Below, one piece after another: positions 1 to 11,915 of a DNA stretch of 64,000 bases. A program made the translations under genes and the position numbers. The notes beneath the pieces are model-generated. The model saw only the letters and a program-made list of their open reading frames with translations, was not told where the DNA came from and searched no databases. Origin of the DNA: Mustelus asterias. Taxonomy: Eukaryota. The first letter of the stretch is position 1, and each line of letters starts with the position of its first letter. Location of the stretch: assembly GCF_964213995.1 (NCBI RefSeq), contig NC_135830.1, positions 17,112,001 through 17,176,000 of the forward strand, read 5' to 3'.

Positions 1-463
1 TGAAACTCCGTCCACAGTCAGTGCAGCTGAATGGCTTCTCCTCAATGTGAACTCGCTGGTGTGACAGTAAGTGGGATGACCCAGTGAATCCCTTCCCACA
101 GTCGGAGCAGGTGAACGGCCTCTCCCCAGAATGAACTCGCTGGTGTGACAGCAGGTGGAATGACTGAGTGAATCCCTTCCCACACACGGAGCAGATGAAT
201 GGTCTCTCCCCGGTGTGAGTGCGTTGGTGCACAGTGAGTGCTGAAGAATGCCTGAACCTCTTCCCACAGGAGGTGCAGGTGAATGGCTTTTCCTCAGTGT
301 GAATTCTCTGGTGAGACCAAAGGCCAGATGACTGAATGAATCCCTCTCCACAGACAGAACAGGTGAACGGTCTCTCACCAGTGTGACTGCGCCGATGGTT
401 TTCCAGCAGGGAAGGGTAACTGAATCCTTTCCCACAGTCCCCACATTTCCACGGTTTCTCCAT
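1..463 (-). CDS. C2H2 zinc-finger protein, partial (runs off the window start)
   Basis: The reverse complement from the ATG at 463 reads [33 protein letters not shown]..., followed by TGEKPF-linked fingers down to base 1. An acceptor-like ctccttttacag lies on - near 797-808. Confidence 0.85.
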   Translation of the reverse strand, partial: MEKPWKCGDCGKGFSYPSLLENHRRSHTGERPFTCSVCGEGFIQSSGLWSHQRIHTEEKPFTCTSCGKRFRHSSALTVHQRTHTGERPFICSVCGKGFTQSFHLLSHQRVHSGERPFTCSDCGKGFTGSSHLLSHQRVHIEEKPFSCTDCGRSF

Positions 464-1399
464 GGTGCTGGTGTCCTTATGTTTCTCCAGGTTAAACGAT
501 CAGTTGAAGCCTCATCCACACACAGAACACGTGTACAGTTTTTCCTTGCTGTGAATGGTGTGATGTTTTTTAAGGCTGCGTAACTGGATAAAGCTCTTTC
601 CACAGTCAACTCACTGAAACACTCTCACTCGGGTGTGCGTGTATCTTGGTGCTTTTTCAGTCACACTGATGTTTGAAATCTTCTCCTCCAGACAGAAGAC
701 AAACATTTCTCCTTCCACATTCAAAGTCTGAGGATATTTAAGTCCAAGTGAATCGAGACTCTGTCTGATTTTGATGTGATGTTTCTTCACCTCACCTGTA
801 AAAGGAGTTTACAAAATTAATCACTGTCAGTCCAGGATAGAAATTTTGAACAGACAATTCTAATTCTCTGGAACATTTCTTCCTCTCTTGTTCCCCAAAT
901 CAATAAATTCCTGTCCCACAAATTCTCCCTCCTCCCTTGGCTTAAATCCAAACCCATCTCACCATTTCTTTTCTCCACTCCCAGTTTTCTCCCTCCCTCT
1001 CCTCTGTCTGGGTTCAGTTCTCCAGCTCCTGTCTGCAGACTGACAATAAAACCAATGGGTCTTATTGGGGGTGTTGGGGCCTCCAGCGGGTGTTTGTGAC
1101 TCCTTCCCGCCCACCTCCCAGGGTTTCCTTCCTTCCCAGAGATCAGAGTCCTCATTGATTTGAGGCCAAAGTGTAACCTCTTATTTATTGTCCCCCTCCC
1201 CCATCCTCTGATGTGAACCATCCTCCAGTGGCTGAGCCAGGATGGGGCCGTTAACCTGGGCCTGTTCCCGGGAGGGAGGGAGAAGCCCCGCAGCTGCAAA
1301 CCAGGGAGCTGACAATGATTCTGAAGGGTTTGCGGATCCACAAAGTGTTTCCAAATCCTCCCAGCCACCGCCTAACGCTGACTCCGCTTCTCCGGGACA

Positions 1400-1870
1400 A
1401 ACAAGCGCCAAGGACAGCAATGACACTGCGCATGCTCCACATCACAATGCCCGGGCACTGATTGACAGCAGCTCCGGACCAATAGAAAGAGGGGCGGGGC
1501 TGGAGGACCGAGCGGGAGCGGCGGGTCCTCCAACCAATCGGAGTGAAGGTGGGGCGGGGCCGGGCTTGACTGAAGCATGCGCACTGAGGGTAATGGCGAT
1601 GGCGAGCGGATTATTTTTCGGCTGCAGAATTGGTAAGACGGATGATGGCGGAATGGAGGGAGCGAGAGATCGGGCCGGAGGCTGGAGAGGCTTCTTAAAC
1701 AAACTGTGTCACCGCCAAACCCCAAAACAAACCCAATCTGTTTCCATTCACATCGAGAGCGAGAACAGCTCCTCGTGATCGGCTTGTGTTAACGGCCGTC
1801 CTCTTTATTGGGGGCAATATGCAGCAGTGCGCATGTGCGGCCGCCATGTTTGTCGGGGGCAATGTTGTCA
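1400..1870. promoter_or_regulatory. CpG-rich bidirectional ZNF promoter cassette 1
   Basis: CCAAT boxes (~1479, ~1534), GGGGCGGGGC GC boxes (~1491, ~1551), NRF1-like GCGCATG motifs and a YY1-like GCCGCCATGTT (~1840). Flanked by divergent ZNF exons; homologous to 19950-20420 and, inverted, to 28140-28740. Confidence 0.7.
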
Positions 1871-1996
1871 ATGAGTGGGAGGCGCTTGTTCCCCAGTGTT
1901 CAGAATGGAGACAACTTGTCCATCAAACTGCATCAACCCTCTGAGTCCCAATGTCTTATTGATGAGGCAGAGCGGTGACAGAGATGGAAAGAAAGG

Positions 1997-2318
1997 CTCG
2001 GCCTTTTGGCTAAGATCAAGTGTAGTATGGATCGCCTGCACTTGGTTGAGGTCATTAGGTTACGCTGAGGCTTCATATGTTTCATATGAAGCAATTTTTA
2101 AAAGCGGCATCTCGGCCTTTTGGCTAAGATGCAAATGAGCTCAAGTCTTGGAGGAGGATCCTCCCCCTTCTCCAATCAGCTTGACTCATGTAGATCAGGC
2201 CCAGGACAGGGTGGTTTTGGTCTCCCGTCCTGTCTTGTCAGCCTGGATCTGAAATGTCTCAACTTGTTGAGACTCTGAATTGGATTTGATTTGATTGAAT
2301 TGGAAAAGTATTTAAAAA
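1997..2318 (+). mobile_element. U2 snRNA-headed structured retroposon (SINEU-like or non-autonomous Keno-like)
   Basis: 1997-2028 matches U2 nt 8-39 (CTCGGCCTTTTGGCTAAGATCAAGTGTAGTAT). A second U2 stem-loop I copy is at 2110-2130. A tail at 2314-2321; AAAGAAAGG direct repeats at 1988-1996 and 2319-2327. Confidence 0.8.
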
Positions 2319-2912
2319 AAAGAAAGGGAAATAAATCCTGTTTTCCAGATCCCACTACCTCATGGGACTTCTTGTGCCATGTGTCCAAAGATCTGCGGCT
2401 CAGTTGGCAGAAACTCACAACCCTGAGTCAACATCATCCTCGAATTGAGGGGCTGCTGACAATGACAACTGCCACCGTGCTGTAGGGAGCATGAGTTCAT
2501 AAGATATAGGAGCAGAATTAGGCCATTCGGCCCATCGAGTCCGCTCTGCCATTCAATCATGGCTGATATGCTCCTCATCCCCATTTTCCGACGAGCAACC
2601 ATCCTGAACCCAGTAACAGGAGGAGAAAACATGACGATTTTCTATCCTAGACTGTCAGTGATGGATTCGGCAAACTTTAGTTTGCCGATGGATTCGGCAA
2701 ACTAAAACAAGAGAAATGTTTGTCTCTTCATTTCTATCCTTGACTAATACTGTTGACTTTTGCAAAACTTTCACAGGAGCTTCGAAGAAGATTTGCAGAA
2801 GATTTGAAACAAGTATCACATAAAAATCATACATTGTCGCTTGATATTATCATCTTTGAGTGTGAACATTGAGCTCTATGTCATAACCACTCACTGTGTA
2901 AACTTTCTTCCC

Positions 2913-3235
2913 AGAATCATAGAATGCTACAGTGCAGAAGGAGGCCATTCAGCCCATTGAGCCTGCACCGACCACAATCTCACCCCAGACCCTATCCCCA
3001 TACCCCCACATATTTACCCTGCTAATCCCCTGTCACTAGGGTCAATTTAGCATGGCCAATCCAGCTAACCCGCACATCTTCGGACTGTGGGAGGAAATCG
3101 GAGAACCCACAGGAAACCCACGCAGACACGGGGAGAATGTGCAAACTCCACACATACAGTGACGTGAGGCTGGAATTGAACCTGCGTCCCTGGCCCTGTG
3201 AGGCAGCAGTGCTCACCACTGTGCCATTGTGCCAG
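2913..3235 (-). mobile_element. HE1-like tRNA-derived SINE
   Basis: tRNA-like head (GGCACAGTGGTGAGCACTGCTGCCTCACAG on -), V-SINE-type core and CR1-type tail, shared with many copies in the window. Confidence 0.85.
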
Positions 3236-3378
3236 CCCTGCCATTCCCTTGTAGATATTGCTCAAAATTTAAAATTAGAAGGGGAGGATTGTGGTCAAGA
3301 AACTTAAACCAAAGATCACATTAGGATCTGATGTCCTCTCCCACTTCATCTCAACCTGAATAGCATAGAATTTTGAAT

Positions 3379-4614
3379 ATGGAAAGAAAAAGCACAGTTC
3401 ACAGTGGGGAGAAACTGTACACATGTTCTGTGTGTGGACAAGGCTTCAGCCAATCATCCGGCCTGTTAAAACATAAATGCAGTCACGACAGGGAGAAACC
3501 GTGGAAATGTGGAGACTGTGAGAAGGGATTCAATCACCCATCTGACCTGGAAACTCATCGACGCAGTCACACCGGAGAGAGACCATTCACATGCTCTGTG
3601 TGTAGGAAAGGATTCACCCAGTCATCCCACCTGCTGAGACACCAGCGAGTTCACACTGACGAGAGACCTTTTAAATGCTCAAACTGTGGGAAGTGCTGTA
3701 AAGGTTTTGGCGATCTGATGTCCCATCAACGTGTTCACACTGACGGGAGACCTTTTAAATGCTCAGATTGTGTAAAGTGCTATAAAAGTTCTGGGGAACT
3801 AATGCGTCACCAACGTGTCCATACTGAGGAGAAACCTTTTAAGTGCCTGGACTGTGGGAAGTGCTATAAAGGTTCTGGGGAACTGATGTCCCATCAACGT
3901 GTTCACACTGATGAGAGACCTTTTAAATGTCCAGACTGTGGGAAATGCTATAAAAGTTCTGGGGAACTGATGCACCATCAACGTGTTCACACTGATGAGA
4001 GACCATTCAGGTGCTCTCACTGTGGGACTGGGTTCAGGAAATCATCAGGCCTCACTGAACACCAGCGGATTCACACTGGGGAGAGACCGTTCATTTGCAT
4101 TAAATGTGGTAAGGGATTCACGCAGTCATCAACCTTGCTAAGACACCAGCTAGTTCACACTGAAGAGAGACCTTTTAAATGTACAGACTGTGGGAAATGC
4201 TATAAAAGTTCTGGGGAACTGATGCTCCATCAACGTGTTCACACTGATGAGAGACCGTTCAGGTGCTCTTACTGCGGGACTGGGTTCAAGCAATCATCTC
4301 AACTCTCTAAACACCAGAGGATTCACACTGGGGAGAGGCCATTCATCTGCACTGAATGTGGGAAGGGGTTCACTCAGTCATCCAGTCTGCTGACACACCA
4401 GCGAGTTCACAGTGAGGAAAAAAATAAATGCACAGACTACAGGAAGTGCCATAAAATTTCTGGGAACATCCCACCTCATTTCAAACCAGCGAGTTCACAC
4501 TGGGGAGAGACCCTCCACTTGCATCATGTGTGGGAAGGAATTCACTCAGTCATCCAACCTACTGAGACACTACTAAGTTCACAAGTGACTCCAGGAGTTG
4601 GATTTTGCTGTTAG
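3379..4614 (+). CDS. C2H2 zinc-finger protein, 12 fingers plus a frameshifted tail
   Basis: ORF 3373-4614 (ATG at 3379) with 12 CxxC..HxxxH fingers and TGERPF/TDERPF linkers. The last finger(s) shift frame after ~4415. AATAAA near 4710. Confidence 0.9.
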   Translation: MERKSTVHSGEKLYTCSVCGQGFSQSSGLLKHKCSHDREKPWKCGDCEKGFNHPSDLETHRRSHTGERPFTCSVCRKGFTQSSHLLRHQRVHTDERPFKCSNCGKCCKGFGDLMSHQRVHTDGRPFKCSDCVKCYKSSGELMRHQRVHTEEKPFKCLDCGKCYKGSGELMSHQRVHTDERPFKCPDCGKCYKSSGELMHHQRVHTDERPFRCSHCGTGFRKSSGLTEHQRIHTGERPFICIKCGKGFTQSSTLLRHQLVHTEERPFKCTDCGKCYKSSGELMLHQRVHTDERPFRCSYCGTGFKQSSQLSKHQRIHTGERPFICTECGKGFTQSSSLLTHQRVHSEEKNKCTDYRKCHKISGNIPPHFKPASSHWGETLHLHHVWEGIHSVIQPTETLLSSQVTPGVGFCC

Positions 4615-5639
4615 TCACATCCAGACACCATGTTCCTTGGGATCTGTTTTCTGCTGGTGGTAATATGCTACAGGCCAGTTAGAGGTGTTAATATGCTGGA
4701 TAGAGATAAAATAAATCAGCTTTGTGTCAAACTCTGTGTGTTGAATCTTTTTAATATCGCAAACACAAGTTAGTTCCTTTGAAGGACCATCTCCGCTGTC
4801 TCCTCCATCCTCACCTCCAACAAGTGTGAGGAGCTCATGGAGCTTATTTGTCAGTAAGATTGAGACAATCCGATAAGGTTATGTGGATTAGTCATGCGAA
4901 ATTGCTCCCAAAGATTTGCAGGTTGGTGGATTGACAATTGGAAACTGCACGGAGTTATGGGGATTGGGTACAAGTGAGTGCCTGGGTGGGATGCTCTTTT
5001 GAAGAGTTGGTACATATTTGACGGGCTGAATGGCACCCTATGAATTCTATGTTTCTATGGTTCGAGATTCCCTCCTTTCCACTAGCCATTGAGCCACAAG
5101 TCCTGTAAACTTCCTCCTCGTCTGAGCCCTGAACTCACATCTTTCTCCAGTTTCTCTCCCCAAGTACCTTGAGGGCTCATCTTCGCAGTCAGGCCCTCTC
5201 CAACCCATTGATCAAACCTCCTCTTCGGCATCTTTGTTACAAGGAGAACAACAGCAGCTTCTCCAGTCTATCTATAGACCTGTGATCCATCAACCCTAAA
5301 TCATTCCACTAAATTTCATCAATTCCCTCTCCATGTCTTCCCTAAGCCTTCATGTCCTCCCTAAGGTTTGGCACCACCAGTTACATCCACAAAGGTTTGT
5401 CACCCTGACATAATACAATGAAATGGATTAAATGTGTGTGAAACAATACACAAACAATTACTATTCAGGTTATATAACAGCAGGTTTTCAAAGGCATGGC
5501 TCATACTGAGCCAGGTGTTTTACATGTTACGTTGGGTTGTTTCACAATGTACCAAAGTATTAATCGAAGGTAGTGGTTTCTGTTGGCAAAATATATTGCT
5601 TTTTAATTATAGCAACGTTCAGAGCACTAAATTTGACTC

Positions 5640-5916
5640 ATAGAATCACTACAGAAGGAGGCCATTTGGTTCATCCGGCCTACACCCTATCCCCATAACC
5701 TCATGTATTTACCTCCTGACACTAATGAGGCAAGTTCCCATGGCCAATCCACCTAACTTGCAAATCTTTAGACTGTTGGAGGAAACCAGAGCACCTGGAG
5801 GAAACCCACACAGACATGGGGAGAACATTCATACTCTGTACGGACAGTAGTCTGAAGCTGGAACTGAACCCGGGTTACTGGTGCTGTGAGGCAGCAGTGC
5901 CAACCACTGTGCCACC
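5640..5916 (-). mobile_element. HE1-like SINE
   Basis: Same head, core and tail as the other copies. Confidence 0.8.
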
Positions 5917-6296
5917 CATAACCAGGGACATGGCAGAGATGACCAGTGTGTGAATTGCTGGTCTTGTCCCTGTGGCTCCAATCTGTGTTCACAAAGGGAC
6001 ATACAATTACCCAGCATTTCCTGCGGGAACGTGCAGGCGCACTGTCCGGCTGTTCTGGGAGCATGTGCATTGCGGATGGAAGCGTGAGGAGGTCTTGTCG
6101 CTTTCACAACAGGTGAAATAAAACAGCGAGTGTGGATGGGGAACAGAGCCTGTACGTGGGCAGGTTTCATTAACACCAGATTCAAGTCGCAAAGTTCAAG
6201 TAAAAATCTAACGGTTCCGCACTTGGAGTCCGATAGATTTGGTTGTTCTCTCGGTATCGGGCTGGGCTTGCCGGCCACCATCTTTATTGGGGGCAA

Positions 6297-6612
6297 TCAC
6301 AGAACCCGACAGTGCAGAAGAAGGCCGTTCGGCTCATGGAGTCTGCACCGACCACAATCCCACCCGCCCTATCCCCATAACACCATACATTTACCCTCGC
6401 TAGTCCCCCTGACACTAAGGGTCAATTCATCATGGCCAATCCATCTAACCTGCACATCTTTGGACTGTGGGAGAAAACCGGAGCGCCCGGAGGAAACTCA
6501 CGCAGACACGGGGAGAAAGTGCAAATTCAACACAGTGACCCAAGCCGGGAATCAAACCCATGTCCCTGACACTGTGAGGCAGCAGTGCTAACCATTGTGC
6601 CAACGTGCCGCC
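6297..6612 (-). mobile_element. HE1-like SINE inside a decayed promoter cassette
   Basis: SINE consensus. Left flank GGCCACCATCTTTATTGGGGGCAAT matches the promoter motif at ~1795-1818 and ~20393-20415. Confidence 0.8.
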
Positions 6613-7121
6613 TGTTCCTGCTGGGGCTCGTGCAAATGTCATGGCAATATGGCGGTCGGTCCCATCTCTCTACGGGCCCCAGATGTCCCACCAAAGAACA
6701 GCAGCCAAGAGACCATGGGGAGCAGCAGCCGAGATGGTTACCGCGGGCCCTGCTGGACTGGAGGGGCAGCAGCACAGTCTCCGCCCAAAGGCTTCTGCAG
6801 TTCAGCTGCTCAGAGATTCTGGGAACCTCTTCAAATATAAACTCCAGCTTCTCACATTCACCCCCATCCATCCCTCTCTCCCTCCATCCATCCCTCCCTA
6901 CAACAAGAACCATTCACTCTGCACAGCAGTTTCTCCCTCATTGCCCCAGTGTGTATTCCAGCCTTTATCACATCCACTCTGCTCCCAGATACTTTTCACC
7001 ATTAGATATTACAATTCAAACTTTATAATCTTTACAATTTAATATTTGTTCAGGCAGTTTACAGACAGCAGACAAATCATCAATTCCACTCCCACCGGGA
7101 GCTATGGGGATATATTTATAC

Positions 7122-7500
7122 AGTAAAAAGTTTAACAACACCTGGTTAAAGTCCAACAGGTTTATTTGGTAGCAAAAGCCACACAAGCTTTCGGAGCCCC
7201 AAGCCCCTTCTTCAGGTGAGTGGGAATTCTGTTCACAAACAGGGCAAATAAAGACACAGACTCAATTTACATGAATAATGGTTGGAATGCGAATACTTAC
7301 AACTAATCCAGTCTTTAAGATACAAACAATGTGAGTGGAGAGAGCATCAAGACAGGCTAAAGAGATGTGTATTGTCTCCAGACAGGAGAGCCAGTGAAAC
7401 TCTGCAGGTCCAGGCAGGTTGTGGGATTACAAATAGCGTGACATGAACCCAATATCCCGGTTGAGGCCGTCCACATGTGTGCGGAACTTGGCGATCAGCC
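7122..7500 (-). mobile_element. Penelope-like element 3' fragment
   Basis: Minus strand encodes the end of a GIY-YIG-type domain (IAKFRTHVDGLNRDIGFMSRYL*), then a pLTR with a hammerhead motif at ~7183-7218. Confidence 0.75.
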
Positions 7501-7924
7501 ATATATTTGTACATTTTCTCATTTCACAATAAAATCCAGACACTGAGCTTCAGATTTGCTTCTCTTATTATTTTAGTGCCCAGCAGATTATTTGGACTGA
7601 AATTGACATCAACCTTTCGTGGTCTCAATCTGTCTCTGTGTTTGTGAGAGAGTGTGAGTATGTGTGTATTTCTGTAAGTCAGAGTGTTTTTTTGTCTGCA
7701 CGTCTGTGTGTGTGAGTTTGCCTGTGTCTGTCTGAGAGTGTATGTCTGTGAATGTGTTTGTCTGCGAGTTCGCCTCTTGCTGTTCTGAGGTTGGTTTCAA
7801 TTCTCTGAATAGGTTTGTCTGTATTAGCATAAAAATAATAGGAACAAGAAAAATACAGCAGCACAATCCTCCAACGTTTCTATGTTTGAATAAGATCCTT
7901 CAGTCGCCTGAGGATTCAGTGATT

Positions 7925-8093
7925 ATGTGGAGATGCCGGCGTTGGACTGGGGTAAACACAGTAAGAAGTCTCACAACACCAGGTTAAAGTCCAACAGGTT
8001 TATTTGGTAGCACAAAAAAGCTACCGAAAGCTTGTGGCTTGTGCTACCAAATAAACCTATTGGACTTTAACCTGGTGTTGTGAGACTTCTTAT
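7925..8093. mobile_element. Penelope-like short inverted-repeat insertion
   Basis: AAGAAGTCTCACAACACCAGGTTAAAGTCCAAC and its reverse complement facing each other. Confidence 0.7.
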
Positions 8094-8176
8094 TGGATTC
8101 TGTGATTTCCCAGGCAGATGCCATTTACCTCACGTCGCCACTAGACGGAGCTCTCTCGCTGTGATTGTGTGTTCAC

Positions 8177-8955
8177 GATGTGGAGATGCTGGCGTTGGAC
8201 TGGGGTAAACACAGTAAGAAGTCTCACAACACCAGGTTAAAGTCCAACAGGTTTATCTGGGAGCAAAAGCCACTAGCTTTCGGAGCACTTCGTCAGGTGA
8301 GTGGGAGTTCTATTCATAAACAGGGCATATAAAGACACAAACTCAATTTACAGAATAATGATTGGAATGCGAGTCTTTACAGGTAATCAAGCCTTAAAGG
8401 TACAGACAATGTGAGTGGAGAGAGGGTTAAGCACAGGTTAAAGAGATGTGTATTGTCTCCAGCCAGGATAGTTCGTGAGATTTTGCAAGCCCAGGCAAGT
8501 CGTGGGGGTTACAGATAGTGTGACATGAACCCAAGATCCCAGTTGAGGCCGTCCTCATGTGTGCGAAACTTGGCTATCAGTCTCTGCTCAGCGACTCTGC
8601 GTTGTCGTGTGTCGTGAAGGCCGCCTTGCAGAACGCTTACATGGGTTCATGTCACACTACCTGAAACCCCCACGACTTGCCTGGGCTTGCAAAATCTCAC
8701 TAACTGTCCTGTCTGGAGACAATACACATCTGTTTAACCCTCTCTCCACTCACATTGTCTGTACCTTTAAGACTTGATGACCTGTAAAGACTCACATTCC
8801 AACCATTATTTTGTAAATTGAGTTTGTGTCTTTATATGCCGTTTGTGAACAGAACTCCCACTCACCTGACGAAGGGGCAGCGCTCCGAAAGCTAGTGGCT
8901 TTTGCTACCAAATAAACCTGTTCGACTTTAACCTGGTGTTGTGAGACTTCTCATT
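8177..8955. mobile_element. Penelope-like inverted-repeat insertion
   Basis: Left arm (-) 8177-8640 and right arm (+) 8641-8955 are reverse complements over ~310 bp. GIY-YIG C-terminal coding remnant; hammerhead at 8863-8897. Confidence 0.8.
8863..8897 (+). ncRNA. Minimal type I hammerhead ribozyme motif
   Basis: CAC-CTGACGA-AGGGGCAGCGCTCC-GAAA-GCTA-GTG: stem I CAC/GTG, CUGANGA and GAAA core, stem II, palindromic AGCT stem III. Confidence 0.75.
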
Positions 8956-9200
8956 GTTCACTGCAGCGGGAGATGTGTGGAATGAAGGAACCTTGTGTTA
9001 CTGTCAATCTTTTCATGTTTAAAAGTTGTTTTTGTTAAAAGCTAATTGTCCGTCCAGTGACTCTGTTCATCCACATTTCTAAAACAAAACGGCAAAAGTT
9101 ACGATCAATTGAGCCAGGTTTTCATTTTGGGACCGTCGTGTCCAGTAGGAACATTAGCTAGGATTGTAACACTCTCCATTTCCTCTGAGCAGCTCTTCTT

Positions 9201-9637
9201 GATGTGGAGATGCTGGCGTTGGACTGGGGTAAACACAGTAAGAAGTCTCACAACACCAGGTTAAAGTCCAACAGGTTTATTTGGTAGCAAAAGCCACACA
9301 AGCTTTCGGAGCTCCAAGCCCCTTCTTCAGGTGAGTGGGAATTCTGTTCACAAACAGAGCATATAAAGACACAAACTCAATTTACATGAATAATGGTTGG
9401 AATGCGAATACTTACAACTAATCAAGTCTTTAAATCAAAACGTTGTTTTGTTTCTTAAAGACTTGATTAGTTGTAAGTATTCGCATTCCAACCATTATCT
9501 TGCAATTGTGTCTCTGTCAATATATGCCATGTTTGTGAACCTACCTCTCCATTCACCTGATGAAGGAGCAGTGCTCCAAAAGCTCAGGATTCCAAATAAA
9601 CCTGTTGGACTTTAACATGGCGTTGCGAGACTTCTTA
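9201..9637. mobile_element. Penelope-like inverted-repeat insertion
   Basis: Two opposing pLTR arms meeting near 9442, with hammerhead-like motifs on both arms (right arm degenerate). Confidence 0.75.
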
Positions 9638-10120
9638 CAATAGATCAGTGGAATACGATTGAGGGATCAGGTAGTGGGACTCATGGACAAGATGAGCTCT
9701 AAAATGACACGGGGGGAGGCAGGAGTGAAACTGCAGAAAGATGAGTTCAGAGTTCAAAGGGGAGCGTTCGAGGAGGTTTGGGTCCAGTGGGTTAGGGGAA
9801 GGGAGGGACGCAGCAGAGGCAGCTGATTGGATTGTCTCAAACTTAGTGACAAAGAAGATCATGTGTTTCTCCTCCATGAGCACTTGTGGGGAGGTGAAGA
9901 TGGAGGAGGGAAAAAGAGAGAACACTTCAAAAGAAATTCAGTTGTGTTGATGATATTGAAAAGATCTAACACAGTATTAAACACAAAGCTAATTTATTTG
10001 ATTTTTATTCAGAATGTTAAACCGTATAACTGGCTGGAGTTCATTAACATCAACAAAAACAAACGCAATGAACACCTTACAATCATGGATAGGATTAACA
10101 GCAGATTCCAATCACTGTGG

Positions 10121-10738
10121 TTACTTGTGAATTCTTTGGTGTCTAAGCAGGTTGGGTGAATGAATGAATCCCTTCCCACATTCAGAGCAGATGAATGGCC
10201 TTTCCCCAGTGTGGGTGCGCTGGTGTAGAATTAGGTCTTCTGATCGCCTGAACCCAATCCCACAGTGAGAGCATCTGAACGGTCTTTCATCAGTGTGAAC
10301 ACGTTGATGGGACATCAGTTCATTAGAACTTTTAAAGCATTTCCCACAATCTGAGCATTTAAAAGGTCTCTCGTCAGTGTGAACACATTGGTGTGACACC
10401 AGGCTGGATGACTGAGTGAATTCCTTCCCGCACTCAGAGCAGATGAATGGCCTCTCCCCAGTGTGAACCCGCTGATGAGTAAGTAGGTGGGATGACTGAG
10501 TGAATCCCTTCCCACACTCAGAGCAGGTGAACGGTCTCTCCCCAGTGTGACTGCGCCGATGCATTTCCAGCTGGGATGGGGAATTGAATTTCTTCCCACA
10601 TTCCACACATTTCTGCAGTTTTTTCATGGAATGACCACACTTATGTTTTGCCAGACCAGATGATCGGCTGAAGCCTTGTCCACGCCCAGAACCCATGTAC
10701 ACTTTCTCTCCACTGTGAATAGTGCTTTTTCCTTCCAT
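10121..10738 (-). CDS. C2H2 zinc-finger protein, 6 intact fingers
   Basis: ORF 10121-10744 (ATG at 10738); first finger degenerate; ends HQRIHK*. Acceptor tcagtttcacag on - near 10845. Confidence 0.88.
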   Translation of the reverse strand: MEGKSTIHSGEKVYMGSGRGQGFSRSSGLAKHKCGHSMKKLQKCVECGKKFNSPSQLEMHRRSHTGERPFTCSECGKGFTQSSHLLTHQRVHTGERPFICSECGKEFTQSSSLVSHQCVHTDERPFKCSDCGKCFKSSNELMSHQRVHTDERPFRCSHCGIGFRRSEDLILHQRTHTGERPFICSECGKGFIHSPNLLRHQRIHK

Positions 10739-11274
10739 GTTCAAAGTCCACTGATACTCAGTTATGACAAATTGGGCAACTTTGGCAGATCCTGGTATGA
10801 TATTTACTGTCAGTCCTGGACTGCAAATCGTCTCCTTCTCGTCCCTGTGAAACTGATTTAAAACAGAAAAAAGGGGATTGAAAGAGAACCCAGAGACAGG
10901 TTATAAATAGAGTTCAAACTGAAGCAACAATAAAACAAAAGCTCACACAGGAGGCCAGGGACTGATTTCTGCGTCCAACACGTAGCCTGATTCAAACCGG
11001 CTCTGAACTGTGTTTCTAAACTCAAACTTATAAAGCAATAAAACAGAAACAAAACTCTGTAGACACTGCATCTGGGACAAAGAGAATAATACTGGAGATA
11101 TTCAGCCTCTGTGGAGTGACAAACAGAATTAAGGGCTCAGGTTGCTGACTTGCCCTCAGTCTACAATGAAATATTCAGAGTCAGGCACAGACTAATGGCG
11201 GTCACAATTCCCACAATGCTCTGTGCCCCAGAAACCCATCTATTCAAAAGTTGTTCACCTTACTTGAGAAAGGA

Positions 11275-11915
11275 TATCCTTACTTGAGAAAGGATATACT
11301 GACACTGGAGGGGGTGCAGAGGAGATTCACTAGGTTGATTCCGGAGTTGAGAAGGTTGGCTTATGAGGAGAGACTGAGTAGACTGGGGCTATACTCATTG
11401 GATTTCAGAAGAATGAGGGGAGAATTCACAAGTAACCACAGTGATTGGAATCTGCTGTTAATCCTATCCATGATTGTAAAGTGTTCATTGTGTTTGTTTT
11501 TTGCTGATGTTAATGAACTCCAGCCAGTTATACGGTTTAACATTCTGAATAAAAATCAAATAAATTAGCTTTGTCCAATAAAGAAAGAAGCAGGGAGGTT
11601 GTTTCCACTGGTGGGTGAAACTAGAACTTGGGGGCATAGCCTCAAAATAAGGGGAAGCAGATTTAGGACTGAGTTGACAAAGGGTTGTGAATCTGTGGAA
11701 TTCCCTGCCCTGTGAAGCAGTTGAGGCTACCTCACTGAATGTTTTTAAGGCAAGGATAGATAGATTTTTGAACAGTAAAGGAATTAAGGGTTATGGTGAG
11801 CGGGCGGGTAAATGGAGCTGAGTCCACAAAAAGATCAGCCATGATCAATCATGGCTTGAGGGGCCAGATGGCCTATTCCTGCTCCTAATTCTTATGTTAT
11901 TCACTAATCATAGAA
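11275..11915 (+). mobile_element. CR1 LINE 3' fragment interrupted by a ZNF 3'UTR copy
   Basis: PYLRKDILTLEGVQRRFTRLIPEL..YEERLSRLGLYSL..RRMRG is a CR1 ORF2 C-terminus; it resumes after ~11575. Confidence 0.8.

Noticed and set aside
1997-2028. Functional U2 snRNA gene
   Set aside because: Only nt 8-39 are present; the rest of U2 is missing and the unit has an A tail and TSD.
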